From Asterias rubens (Eukaryota): a DNA stretch of 64,000 nucleotides. A program made the translations under genes and the position numbers. Location of the stretch: the NCBI RefSeq assembly GCF_902459465.1, contig NC_047073.1, positions 16,740,001 to 16,804,000 of the forward strand, given 5' to 3'. This document shows, piece by piece, positions 49,251-62,610 of the stretch (the first letter of the stretch is position 1; the number at the start of each line of letters is the position of its first letter). The notes beneath the pieces are model-generated. The model worked only from the letters and a program-made list of their open reading frames with translations, did not search any database and was not told where the DNA came from.

Positions 49251-49580
49251 ACCAGTATGACATGCAGTTGGTCTAGCAACCACAGCGTCATCATCCACCA
49301 AGGAGAAAGCGGCCAAGTTTCTTTCAGGAACCTTCGTCTCCAAATACCAAGAGAGTAAACCAGTATGACATGCAGTTGGTCTAGCAACCACAGCGTCATC
49401 ATCCACTGAGGAGAAAGCGACCAGGTTTCTTTCAGGAACCTTCGTCTCCAAATACCAAGAGAGTAAACCAGTATGACATGCAGTTGGTCTAGCAACCACA
49501 GCGTCATCATCCACTAAAGAGAAAGCGGCCAGGTTTCTTTCAGGAACCTTCGTCTCCAAATACCAGGAACGTAAACCAGT
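49251..49580. repeat. 108-bp tandem repeat, 3 copies
   Basis: ACCAGTATGACATGCAGTTGG recurs at 49251, 49359 and 49467, with a few SNPs between units. Confidence 0.92.
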
Positions 49581-49659
49581 CAGTCAGTCGTAACCTACAT
49601 ACGTCATTCCAATGTGGAAACGCCGTTACATCACTAGGAGAACACCAAGGTTATCCCCA

Positions 49660-49775
49660 AGCGAGGGGATAATGGCCAAGTATTTTGCTTAAGGACACAA
49701 GTGTCAATACCGGGACTCAAACTCACACTGGTCAGCAGGCCTGCTGGTCAGAAACACCAGAGCAATTGAGTCCAT
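49660..49775 (-). mobile_element. tRNA-derived SINE fragment (family shared with 60478-60605 and 61590-61782)
   Basis: Shared GCTTAAGGACACAAGTGTCA...GGGACTC(A/G)AAC...CAGAAACACCAGAG. Confidence 0.7.
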
Positions 49776-52316
49776 TCGCTTTATATACTCATTATTCTTC
49801 TCTTGCACCTGAAGAGGCCGAGGAAACACATCAAAGATCGAGTATGAATTCCTAATTAACTTAGTCAATTAATTGATATTACATAATATTACAAATATGT
49901 ACAGGATGAGGATTCGATATTGCAGAGAAGCAACAACATTCAGAGACAATCTGATGCCAAGTTAGGAAAAAAAGAAAGCATGAAATCTATTTCTGCTCCA
50001 GCAATACTTAATATCAGATATGGTTTGAGACACTGACTGACATACGTCAAGATCTATGCCATTATAAACTCAACCCGTTTTTTTTATTCTTCTTAAATTC
50101 CAGAATTCCAGACGATATTTGCACACGGGGGATCTGATGGAGTTTGTATATCCCAGGCATGCAATATATTATAACTATTTCAAGTAATTAAAACCCGCGT
50201 ATATTATGATTAACCAGGGTAGGCGATTGTATCATTCGCCAGTATCCCCGTGCGTCAATTAAGGTAACACGGAAATATTGTCCAAACATACAACTCATAC
50301 AAGAAAATACACAAACTCGAACCCTTTGGTGAGTACGAGGAGTGCTGTGTTACCTTGCCAGACAGCGACCGTACCCTAGAGCGTTTACGCAGGGTGTGGG
50401 ACGCTGAAGATTCGCGGTAACATCAGAATCTACGGTAACTTCTATTTATGATCATCGTTCTTTATACAACTATTAGATCTCCCGAGGCCTACCCACTAGC
50501 GAACTATACACACGCTACAAAACTAACATCTGAAGATTTGTGAGGCGTTGCAATGTCGATACTTGTCGAGGCATAGTTACGTCTTGTATTGTGCCCGATG
50601 GTGAGAGGATGGAGATGTTGATTGCCATGTGAAGAGTGTAACTGACAAAATGGATTGGCCTCCTCTCAAGCCGCTGGCTTGTCGTGTTTAAAACACATAA
50701 GATACGGGTATGGTGTTGATAAAATAACATAGATCATTGAATCCCCATTATATTAATGTTATGAAAATATAGCTACATACTTCATGTATGGAACTTTGAG
50801 GATGGCACATCAAAAGACTGAAGCTCAAGCCGAGGAAACCTGGCCCGATTTCATAGAGCTGCTTAAGCACAAATTCTTCTTAGCAAAAGAAATAGCATAC
50901 CAATTGCAGACGGCACACGTGGCATGGTATTTTGACTGGTAACCTTATTCTGGTAAGCAATATTTTTGATGTGCTCCTACTCTTTGTGATTTGAGGATCT
51001 CTATAAAATGTTGCCCATATTCAAGAAAAGTTTCCACTTTAGAAGAAAAAAACCATGACAAACAAATTAATCTGATTATGACCAATACAATCAAATTTAT
51101 GTTGGTATATATTTTGATTATGTATATTTGTGAATTGGTATTTTATGTTTATTTTCACTTCAATATTCCAGTCTCGTCTTCTCACAATGTTATTAGTTTT
51201 ATATCTGATTCCCACTCTAGACAAATTGAAAACTTACAATGTGCATTGTACAGAACACTCCATAATTCAATAATCGTTCAATACTCGTTCTTCCTGGAGC
51301 AATTTAGAAACACTTTGCTTGGATTATGGTGGATCCATTAGCAACTATCAATTTGCAATTATTACAGCTTTGTAAACGTGATGTTATTATTCCCAATAAT
51401 GCCATTGTATATTAAAACACGCCTGAAGTGAATTTCAGTGAAGGTAGACCGGATTTCAGCGCATCTTCGTTTTTCAAACAACATTGACGCCATACACAAT
51501 CCATCTAAGCTAATACTCGACTCCATCTAAACTCCATCTAAGCTAATTAGCAGTAATTTTATTCACCTATGATTGAAAGAGTTATTGATAACTTGATGTG
51601 GTTGTTAAGATGTTTTCCCAAGCCCCTGTCCCAAAACAACCAACGGACAGGATACACTATCGAATCAAATTCCCTGCGCTGTTGACAAAACTTGCCAGAC
51701 ATTCTCGGATTCCCTTCCACCGCTCGCCGGCGCGTAAACACGGCCCGAGTGTCCAAACAAGCCACGGTTGAAAACGGTTGGTGCGGCTATCTTGTCAAGG
51801 GCACTTTTGTGCTGGGCGTGTGGTGTTTAGTATCGCCTGGTTGTTGTTCCTCAGGGGCCCATGCAACGTAGAACTATCGGATACAGTATCACTGTTGACT
51901 TGGTGTGTATAATACACCGTAGCTCCATAATCGACGTCTTTATTTAGCCATTAAGCCTTCAGCTGAAAACTTGACAGCCACAACAGTTTTAGCGAGGTTT
52001 GGAATTTGTTACTGATGGAAGAAAAGTAAAAGGCTTCAGGGGAATCTTTGTAAATTTGTTTGATCGTAAATTGTGATTTTAAGAAAGTTATTAAGGAATA
52101 CGGTTTAGAATATAGCTCCCAAGCCTCATTGAGACAGACACATCAAATGTGAACAAAGAAAGAAAACGCATTCTATTTCTAAGAAGTTCATGTAAGTTAC
52201 GCCCAATGGATGGATATCTTAACATGGTGAAAAAGCAAGAGACATGAGAGAGGCATCACCATCAAAATACTTGACTCAATTCACTGTTGGATGTTTCTTC
52301 CATTGTTCAGTAATGA

Positions 52317-52434
52317 CACCATGACCGACGACGATGACAACGACACCGATAACAATGATTCACTTGCTCAAGTGCACCATGACCGACGACGATGACAACG
52401 ACACCGATAACAATGATTCACTTGCTCAAGTGCA
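52317..52434. repeat. 58-bp tandem duplication
   Basis: CACCATGACCGACGACGATGAC at 52317 and 52375. Confidence 0.9.
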
Positions 52435-53954
52435 TTTAACCATGGAGGAACTATTTTCTTCCTCCATGATTAAACCTTGTACTTCGGATATCCATGAAGA
52501 TGTAATCTCATCGCTCCGACAAACTCGCCGAGTTAGCCAAAACCAAAGCAAATGCAATCCTAAACTTCAAACCAGACAAAAGGCAATGTCCAACAAGAAC
52601 ATTCTTTCCCATTTCAGTTTTCAAATTTCCTTGGGGATATTTCACAGCTAGAAGAAAGTCTCCATTTGCTGCCGAAGTTTTCCTTAGGCATATCAGCAGG
52701 GTTGCCTCCAGGTTGCCTCCAGTACCATGAACTTGAAGAAACCTTTGTTGGGGAACAGCAAGAAGAGGCACAAACGGACAGGTTGAGCATTTAAGAAACC
52801 ATATTGGTTTCTGCAACAGGATCTGGCTTAGGCTCCGGACTAGGCACCGTCTGTAATGTTGAAAACATACTTTCGGTACGGACTCCAAACAGGCTGACGT
52901 AGCCTGAGCCCAAACCCAAAGCTCTAAGTCATGGTTTCGAAAACGCCACTGAAACACTGATGAAGACAATCATATCGGGCTAGAGGCACAAACCATGGTC
53001 ATTAATAGTAGTTAGGAGTGTAACCACGCTACGTTATCACTGATGAAATTCATTATGACATTAAAATAATATATTTGTCGGTAACAAAATAGGAGGGGGG
53101 GAGGGGGTTGTAAAAAATCACGGATGTTTTCACTTGGAAGGATAAACATTGGCGAAAAATATTCAACCTCCAGAATATTATGTTTCTAAACACCTCGGCG
53201 TTATCAACATTCCAGTCTTTTCATATTGCGCTATTCGTACCCGCAGTGTAGCTGTCAAAACTGAACGAGGTGTCAAAGAACTCATTTGACATGAAACAGT
53301 CACTACTAACCTGACATGAAACAGCCGTGACCTGATCGAAAATGGGCGTGTATAATCGACTAATTCTGACGTTATGGTTACAGACATTTATGGTGTATCA
53401 GGTTTCATTTGTGTTTTGTGGTCAACGTGGAATTGTTCAAGCTTGGATAATTGTGAATTCATATGGGGGCAAATTCTTATTTCGTATTGCTTGGATCGTT
53501 CCCATACAAACACAGGTGTCTTTTCAGCTAAATAAACACAGCTCTGCATTATTAAGATGAAACTAGCAACAACATTATGCAAGTTCAGTAGTTTGGGGGT
53601 CCCAGCGCCTCCTTTAGGGTATCAATAAAACCACACAATGTTCAGATATAATCATCAATGGCGTTTCTATCAAACTATAATTAGTACCCTGAAATCCTCA
53701 ATCCAAAGTTATAGTAAAACATAAACATATTGACGAAAACCGATCAGCCTGCGTTCCTGAAATAAAAGTACAAATTTCTCTACTAAAAATAATCCTTAAA
53801 ATGATCGATCAAAAATCATGACAAAAAGTTCCCGAATTTGTCATTATCACTCTCCACATCTTCAGACAAAGATATTCACAAATTATTTTGCCTTTATATT
53901 AGCAAGATTGAAAACATAAAGTTTTCACTGAATTAGACTGAGTAGATAGGCCAG

Positions 53955-54362
53955 GTTGGGAAACATCCCTTTTGGTCTGAACATGGAGGAAGTATGTTTA
54001 GGCTCGTCTTATAACAGAAGCCTGAACCAGGACTAAACCACAAACCAGTGTTACGTCAATATAACCTCAAAATGGCGGAATGTGTCCCATCATGTTGGGG
54101 AACCTCCCTGTTGGTCTGAACATGGAGGAAGTATGTTTAGACTCGTCTTATAACAGAAGCATGAACCAGGGCTAAACCACAAACCAGTGTTACGTCAATA
54201 TAACCTCAAAATGGCGAAATGTGTCCCATCATGTTGGGGAACCTCCCTGTTGGTCTGAACATGGAGGAAGTATGTTTAGACTCGTCTTATAACAGAAGCA
54301 TGAACCAGGACTAAACCACAAACCAGTGTTACGTCCCTCAAAATGGCGAAATGTGTCCCATC
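53955..54362. repeat. 139-bp tandem repeat, 3 copies
   Basis: GTTGGG(G)AA...TGGTCTGAACATGGAGG at 53955, 54094 and 54233. Each unit contains CAAAATGGCG. Confidence 0.92.
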
Positions 54363-56089
54363 CATCTGTAATGCCTATAGTGTAATTCCACAACAAATAC
54401 ACAACTAAATAATGGTGGTTGACAACTCAAAAGCGGACCTGCAATTAAAGGGTGATTTAAGGGAAATGCAGATACAGTAGTTTGGTAAATTGGTGGCTAA
54501 CTTGTTACATGACGAGGCACAAAATAATGTTTACCATTTTTGTTCACGTTCTATTTGATATCATACGATTCCTTCGACAACCCTTTCACACCACCGTGCT
54601 CTCTTACCCGGCACATTGTTTAACTTGACGGGTCAGTACCGCCCCTCATCTCCCAAGTGTGTCGTGAAGACGGGACGTAGGTGGCACAACATGTCACTTT
54701 AAAGCCACACAGTATATTAACCAAATGCCCACCTGGTCACGCAAGCTGCCAGTGTTTTTCTTGGTTATTATTCCAGGGTTCAGTGGCAACAATTTGCGAT
54801 AAATCACAAGCAATTGATTTGACTCCGGGTGACCTTATGGGAAACATTGGCCATGAAGATCTGAAGTTTGTTTTCAGACCTTTATAAACCTCAGCACTTC
54901 CTGAACTCTAAACCAGACTGATTGCTCGTTTGAAACAAATATCTGTTTATTATAGCTTTTTTAACTCAGAGTTAACCTGTAAAAGGGGCTTGCTAAGTTC
55001 CTAACACTGTGAACTACAGTCATCAACCAAATGGCAAAGTTAACCCAAACTCTGCGAGTTTTCAGTATCTACTTCGCGTGTCCTGCCTTTCTTGAAATAT
55101 CTATGAACTTCCTATATCAGCGTCCGCCTCAAGGACTATTGATTTGGGGCAGAGGGTGTCTCCTTCATACAAAATGTTCCCTATAAATTATTGTAATATT
55201 AATTGAAAATTGCCATATGGAGGGACTAGTTTTCTTTGGCCACGCGTTGCTGGACGCCATTTTGAGCCCCACTGTAACCGTAACCCAATGTGCAGTCTAA
55301 TGGCACCCTGTGCCGAAAAATGACAGGTTTTGACAAGTCCCTCAATACACAGCTCTACTCCACATGATTCCCTGTACTCCCTTCCCCTCCCTCAACAATT
55401 CCTGAGATTGCCAGACAAACGCAGAGACCACTCCGTCCCGAAGGACAGACACGACCTGCCAAACTGGATTCGAACCTATTACCTATATGAACACATCGTG
55501 ACCGGGTTACCGCAGTCACGACGCCACAAACTTATGGGAAACAGTCGCTTGTCAGTTTTTATTCCACACCCAAATCAAAGGTGACCACGCACACGATATA
55601 AACGATTCTTAATTTGAGCGCCAATAAATACAAATTAGGTAGCTATCGTATGACGCAGTCTCAACGAACGTTTCTCGCCATAAAAACCATCAGAGGGACT
55701 GCGATTATAAAACGGGTATTTAAATACAGTTTGGTAGACACCAATAATTCGTAATGCAGTGCTCGCTATGTCGTATCGAGCGGTGTTCATCTGGTACTCA
55801 TTGCCCGTAATGCGTCCCTAGAGCACGGTACTGTTCCAGGAGACAGTTTCACACCTTCATTCTCACCTCGTAAAACTTGTACCACGGAACCTTGACTTTG
55901 TCAGAGAGACTGTTTTGCTTTCGTCGGCAACAGTTTAACTTTCATAAGGTGCCGAGATTTATTGATGTACGGACGTGATGATGAGATCTGAAGGGAAGCC
56001 GCGATGGCTAGTGGAATACCTGTAGTTTAGGGACAAGTTCCAAAAGTCAAAATGTAAAAATCTGAAGACTTCTCCGATCAATACAGAAA

Positions 56090-56285
56090 TACATGTCGCC
56101 TAAGTATAATTTATAATACCTTATTTGGTGTTTATCCTTGCACGCTGTGTTTCAGCACCGTACTATACACTCGGTACTTAGCCGAGTTCCGTGCAACAAC
56201 AAATCACAGGCATATCACTCGGGTTGGATTCGAACCCACGACCCTTGACGAGAGCCTTACCTAGACTACCGAGATTGCCCAGTAT
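56090..56285 (-). mobile_element. tRNA-derived SINE, second family
   Basis: Minus strand shows an A-box-like CGGTAGTCTAGGT and B-box GGTTCGAATCC, followed by a non-tRNA body. Confidence 0.55.
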
Positions 56286-57478
56286 CTTTCTATTTGCAGT
56301 TCCAACAAGTCACAATTTCTAAAATGGAAAGGTTTCTTCGATCAATAAGAAATCTTTAAAAAGGGCAGGGACTATAATGATGGTCTTTTGAGAGTGAGCA
56401 CACATTTTTGTTTCCAAACTGTTGGGGCGCTGGTAGGTTAAGTTTCAAGGTCAAATATAATAGTACTACAATTAATTTGTACTTAATTCTATTATTTGCC
56501 TTTATTTATTTGCTGATGTATTGCTACGTTGGAATTGATATCCCAGGCAAGACAAAGAAACGTAATTTGTTTTTGCATGAACCAGAAAATAGTACACTAG
56601 GCACACTAAAAAGGTCCAACAATCCCACACTAAAAGAAACAATCAGATAAACCAAAACTGCAAGCAAACATGTTCATCCTCCAGTGCTAAGCTTAAATTT
56701 GAGCGTCAATTCCTAGCATTTTACTCGACTAAAGAAACAGCCTATGCGGACAGTGTGTGTGTAAACATTTTAGAGTCGTTGTTGTTTTTAAAGTCACGTA
56801 AGTATTTCCTGATGAAAGGATAAAAGGCAGACAATTCCCAAACTACAGTACTGTGGTACTCCATCTGTCAACACCACACTAACATTTGTGGTTTGTTTTT
56901 GTTTTACACCCCAAAAGAAGTATTTTAAACAAATGGCATGCAATAAACGACATTTTAATGGATTCAATTAAACCATTGGACATCAAAGCCGATTTTCAGG
57001 GAAAACGCACTTTTTACACATGTACGCTCTTGTAATTTATATAGTTTTTCCGATCCGTATTTTATTATTTTTCGAGTATCTATTCGTTCCTGCAAAACGT
57101 TACAAGCAACTTAAAATATTGTCGAGTACGCGATGCTGGCTGAAACCAATGAGTAAAAACAGAACGTCACGCAAACCAAAAGTGCATTGCCATGATCTTT
57201 TATTGCAAATTAATGACCATTGAATGTTATATCTACACATTGTCACGATGTTGACACCAATAAAGACATGTACTTGATTAAGGCGGATCACTGGGGTGGG
57301 GATGGCCTGGAACGACTCGATGCTATAGTTCAGAACTTCTCTCACCAGGTCCGCTCCTTCGGCATGTCGATCAGCTCAATAGCATACTGTTGATATCATC
57401 TGCTATGAAACTATGCAGATATAAGATTTTAGTAAAATGCATAATATTTGTGCACAATTGAATAAAATGAACAATAAT

Positions 57479-57603
57479 TTACATTTCAGATGTCCCTTGC
57501 CCATGTAGGATTCACAAGTTACATTTCAGATGTCCCTTGCCCATGTAGGATTCACAAGTTACATTTCAGATGTCCCTTGCCCATGTAGGATTCACAAGTT
57601 ACT
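57479..57603. repeat. 40-bp tandem repeat, 3 copies
   Basis: Unit TTACATTTCAGATGTCCCTTGCCCATGTAGGATTCACAAG. Confidence 0.95.
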
Positions 57604-59037
57604 TTGATGATTATTGTGTGGTTCTCCACCTGGGTTATCTTGACACCGTCATACCTCCTGTATACTTATTATTTTCTCGCTTGACTTGATGAAAGATGAT
57701 AAGAAAATTTTAAATAAATTTTCTATGGAATGAAGAAGTTCAATCCACGTAGCGGATATTTATGCTTAGTGATGTCATATTTAAGTCGCTAAATGTAAAG
57801 AAGAAATATTAAACAAAAGGCTTTTATAAAGTCTTAAAGTTTCACAATTTGAAGTACAAAATATGCATGAAATTTGTCAACATAATATCATAACTACAAG
57901 AAAGAAATTATGTAATTGATGGACAAATAATGATTGTTTAAAGACTACAAGAGAAGGGCACTTCCATTGTGAAGTCTATGGGAAACTTTTGAAGGGTCAC
58001 CAAGGCCAACACCAGGAGCAATAAAGGCATTCGCATCCGTGTATTCAAGACCTTATTTAAGATCTTTAGAGCAGAGTAACATCTTATGATATATATTCAT
58101 ATAGTTCCCAGTCATTTTAGTCAGTTTTAATGTCACTTTGCACAGCAATGTACAAGTAATGTACATTCTCATACCATTAGTAAACATTACCCCAAGAAAC
58201 ATGAAAAGAACTGAACCAAAACAAAAGAAAACTTGTCACACACTGATTTCCAAATGATAAAATCCAATGATACATGATCATCATGTATCATTACTGTTAA
58301 CTCAATCAAATGTACCTCAATGTACTCCAGCTTTAATGTAATTAATTGATATTTACACAAATAACAAAACATAATAAATATGATTCAAATTAAACCTCTA
58401 GAATATGACATTAGTTTTTTACAGATAAAAAAAACCCATGTTTTTATACAGAAATTCAAATTAAAAACAACAAAATGTGTTCCACTGCAAAAAAATAAAC
58501 TATGTAGTCAAATATTGATTAACTCAGATTAGACCAATATGGCTCCATATTGCTACTCCTAGTCTGCTGCCCTCATAGGTAACAGAACACCAATCTAAAG
58601 AAATACACCACCATCTCTCTACAACCTAATTTAGGTGCAGACCCATTTATACAGCAGCTTGCTACAATGTGATGAAGTGCAAGCTACTTCCAACCATGCC
58701 AGATACAGCGGGGTGATCCCCTTCTCTACTAACCAAAGTGTCCTGGGTTAATTTATTTGCATTATGCAAAACAAGTAGCCTACCATGAGCAGGACGCAAA
58801 CCTACACTTTAACAAGAACATAAATTGAGTCCAGTGCACTTGACCATTTGGGCACAACACTCCACAGAATGCGCTTTAAAACACATTTCTGGTGCATTCT
58901 TTTGCATGACAAAAGTAAAATCTATTTTCGTTATTTATCAAAAAACAAATCCATGCAGGTTTATTACAAAACATGTAACAACAGTTTTACAAAATTGAGC
59001 AAAGAGAAATAAAAGGACATGAATGATATTTCAATAC

Positions 59038-59217
59038 TTAAGCCAGGTCAACTACTCCAGCTGCGATGAGTTGCCTTGACAACCAGTCAAGTCCTTCTAT
59101 CAGTCCGGCTCCGGTCTGTGCGTTGCTAGGCTGGATACACCAGTTCCGGCCACAGCAAAGCTTTGTTAGTCCAAGGCGATCTGTGATGCTATCTACGCTC
59201 AGAGCTTGTGGGCTGTC
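59038..59217 (-). CDS. TRIM23: TRIM23/ARD1 terminal coding exon (ARF-domain C-terminus)
   Basis: DSPQALSVDSITDRLGLTKLCCGRNWCIQPSNAQTGAGLIEGLDWLSRQLIAAGVVDLA-stop matches the distinctive TRIM23 end (...LCCGRSW...GLDWLSRQLVAAGVLDVA, recalled). Acceptor TTACAG, phase 0. Confidence 0.93.
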   Translation of the reverse strand, partial: DSPQALSVDSITDRLGLTKLCCGRNWCIQPSNAQTGAGLIEGLDWLSRQLIAAGVVDLA

Positions 59218-59947
59218 CTGTAAGATGTGACAACAAAATTGAGAATTTGTCATAAACAGAAAGGTGTGGCTGTACTAAAATGAAAACCAAACAAATCTTG
59301 AAAACCTTGTTTTGGCCTACTCATATTCTGAAGATAAAACCGATTGAAAGCTGAGATGTTTCTATATGAATGATTTACAGACTCTCTTCATTACCAGGAA
59401 TACAAAATCTGGAAACCTATATGGCTCGTTTCCCAAACCCCCTACAAGATTAGTCAACAATACTGAAGTCACGAAAAATCTTGACAAATTCACAGGCTTG
59501 TTTAAAATCTGGGTGACAGTTACACTGATATAATATGCAGTACCTGTCAGCCCTGGGCTGCCACTTTGCACAGATGGTGCGATCTAATTGCACGCTTTAA
59601 CAAATGTGCACTACATACTCAAATAAAAATAGTAGTCTGACTCATTGGAAGTTTCCTTGCGTGATCATATCAAGTGAAATGGGTCAATACAAGGTGGGAT
59701 TGTTGGTGCCCCTACCACCACCAACAAACCCACCTTGTAAAGTGGGGGAGATGAGAGGTGGATGGAGATGGAAGAGGGAATGGTGAGTGGGTCATAAAAG
59801 AGCAAGTGGTGGTCAAGAAAACCATTGCAGTGTGGGTTTGAATCCAAGTAATAGCACTTGTGTCTTTAATAATGTGAATTGCTTGATACATCTCACTATG
59901 ACATGGTTTACAAGTTGTATGGCACATTCATCAGCCAATCAAACCAG

Positions 59948-60398
59948 CAAGCACCAGGGTAAACCCCTTCTCTTAACGATAAAGTGTACAAGCACCAGGG
60001 TAAACCCCTTCTCTTAACGATAAAGTGTACAAGCACCATGGTAAACCCCTTCTCTTAACAATAAAGTGTACAAGCACCAGGGTAAACCCCTTCTCTTAAC
60101 GATAAAGTGTACAAGCACCAGGGTAAACCCCTTCTCTTAACGATAAAGTGTACAAGCACCAGGGTAAACCCCTTCTCTTAATGATAAAGTGTACAAGCAC
60201 CAGGGTAAACCCCTTCTCTTAACGATAAAGTGTACAAGCACCAGGGTAAACCCCTTCTCTTAACGATAAAGTGTACAAGCACCAGGGTAAACCCCTTCTC
60301 TTAACGATAAAGTGTACAAGCACCAGGGTAAACCCCTTCTCTTAATGATAAAGTGTACAAGCACCAGGGTAAACCCCTTCTCTTAACGATAAAGTGTA
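59948..60398. repeat. 41-bp minisatellite, 11 copies, within a SINE in a TRIM23 intron
   Basis: Unit CAAGCACCAGGGTAAACCCCTTCTCTTAACGATAAAGTGTA; 451 bp = 11 x 41. Confidence 0.95.
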
Positions 60399-60605
60399 CT
60401 GGGTTATTTTACCTACACCATGTACACTAAACAGCACACAGGACCAACAACTTGTTGCCTCATCTAAAAGGACGTAGCAATAATGGTTATAAGTGACTTG
60501 CTTATGGACACAAGTGTCAAGACAGGAGCTCAAATCAAAACTCTGCTGATTAGAAACAACAGAGCTCAAGTCCAGTGCATTTGACAACTCTGGCACAACA
60601 CAGTA
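60399..60605 (-). mobile_element. tRNA-derived SINE head and core whose 3-prime part is amplified as the 41-bp array
   Basis: GCTTATGGACACAAGTGTCA...CTCTGCTGATTAGAAACAACAGAGC matches the copies at 49660 and 61656. Confidence 0.65.
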
Positions 60606-60850
60606 CAATGTTGTTAGGAGATTTGATACAATGGGTTTATAAAAAGAGCAGGCATTAAACTTCACTCCTTAAGGGGCACAGCAATGTTCCTCTTGTAAGA
60701 AACTTCTATAAGAAAGATGTCAATCTGAATAGGAAAATTTCAAATGGCACCACAGCAATAGCACAGTGCCCCACAGCAACTACTGTGGTGCCATGGATTG
60801 ACAGGAATGATGAGGTCTGAAAGAGGGTCATAGAGATGGAGTCAACTTGC

Positions 60851-60975
60851 CTGTTTGTTGGCAAAGAAGAGCAACAGAGCATCCTTGAGTTGTTTCTCAG
60901 ACATTAGAGCTGCCAGTTCATCGTAGACTTCATCAAGACGCTCTGAATCCGTAGAGTCAATTACAAACAAGAGAG
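60851..60975 (-). CDS. TRIM23: TRIM23/ARD1 penultimate coding exon
   Basis: (A)LLFVIDSTDSERLDEVYDELAALMSEKQLKDALLLFFANKQ contains the ARF NKQD motif. 125 nt, phase 1 in, phase 0 out. Acceptor CTGCAG; donor GCAAGT. Confidence 0.93.
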
Positions 60976-61129
60976 CTGCAGTGGAAGATAATAATAATAA
61001 TAATAATGAAATTAGTCTTATATAGTGCATGATCTACCATCAAGGTACTCATGGCACTTAGGTTTTACATTTTTACAGAAAGATAGTAAATATTTAAGTT
61101 ATAAATTCTGAGACCCAACTAAGTAGCCT

Positions 61130-61782
61130 TATAAGGGTTTACAAGGTGCTACAGCTCATTCAGCAGTCACAGTCAGGAACATCGGGGCAAACCCCTTCTC
61201 TTTTCGATAATAATAATTAGAAAAATAATCAACATTAATATAGCGCAAAATCCATTAAAAATGCCCCCAGGCGCTTTACAACAATAAAAACTAACATAAA
61301 ACATCAAAAAGCAAAATCATAAAGGTCAAAAATAAGATCCACAGATTTTCATCAAAAACAATAAAGGTACAAACACAAGTAAACAGAAATATATATATAT
61401 GTATAATCAATCAAACACAATTGGTAAAAACCCCGTAAAATATATATCCATCCACACAAAATATCCTAGGGTACACAAACAGAAAATGCAACCAGTGAAA
61501 AAAGAAAAAAAAGGAGAAGGCGTAAAATACCATGGCCGTTATAGGACCACAGCAATAAAAACTACAACAATGATGATACTAAGTGCAATGGGTTCTTTTA
61601 CATGCCTTACACAACACATGGGACCAATGGCTTTACCTCCCATTCAAAGGACAGAGCAATGGTTAAGTGTCTTGCTTAAGGACACAGGTGTCACAATTGG
61701 GACTCGAACCCACACTCTGCTAATCAGAAACACCAGAGTTTATATTCAGTGCTTGTAACCGCTCGGCCACGACACTTCCACA
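61130..61782 (-). mobile_element. tRNA-derived SINE apparently interrupted by a LINE (L2/CR1-like) 3-prime fragment
   Basis: Head at 61690-61782 (A-box TGGCCGAGCGGTTA, B-box GGGTTCGAGTCCC). Core ends ...AAGAACCCATTGCACTTA near 61580 and resumes TTATCGAAAAGAGAAGGGG at about 61210. The insert ends (minus) TGTAAAGCGCCTGGG...GCGCTATA...ATTATT, like L2/CR1 tails. Confidence 0.55.
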
Positions 61783-62409
61783 GGCAGGTGGGAATAAGAA
61801 GATGCATCAATGGGTACTAAGCATAACAAGGATTTCCTCAAGTGTCTGAAGTATGTTTTCTTTGGGTCTATGCAAGGAAAATGGTTTTCCATTTGAGAGA
61901 GGTAACAGGTAAGTAATTTACTACCCTTTTTATACATGACACACCTTTTTATACATTGCATGATGATATCAAGCCTTAGGATTCCTGTCAAACTAAAGAC
62001 AGCAAAAAAAGTAACTCGGCTGTTGTAAAAGCACCTACATTTTTAAAATTGTTACTCGCATTCAAATTTTTTTTTGAATTGGTAAATGAAACAAAATCAG
62101 CGGCCGATTTCATGAAACGCTAGGATTCCTATCTCGAGTTAGGACAAGTAACCCCTTCTAACTTGGGATCCGTTCAATGCGTCCTAACATCTTCAGATAT
62201 GGAACTAATCTTAAGTTAGGAAGATTTTGGCATTTTAATGAAACATAATGAGCACGACTTCCTTGATAGGCCTTCATCCAATGTAAGCTGATTTAGGGGC
62301 CACTTATTCGCTATTTTCCAAAGCCGGTCTTTATACCAACCGTTAACACTCCCCCACGTGACCGGGTTTTGACCAATCAGAGACTTGAAACCGTCCAAGG
62401 TATTTGTTA

Positions 62410-62538
<129 letters not shown>

Positions 62539-62610
62539 TCAAACAGAAAATACATCATGGAGTTACTTTAGTTATTCATTTTATTTTGTTTTCCTTTGAA
62601 AACCTTTTAA

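Noticed and set aside
49808-49830. Hammerhead ribozyme CTGAAGA-GGCCGAG-GAAAC
   Set aside because: Stem II cannot close (G opposite G) and there is no stem I/III pairing.
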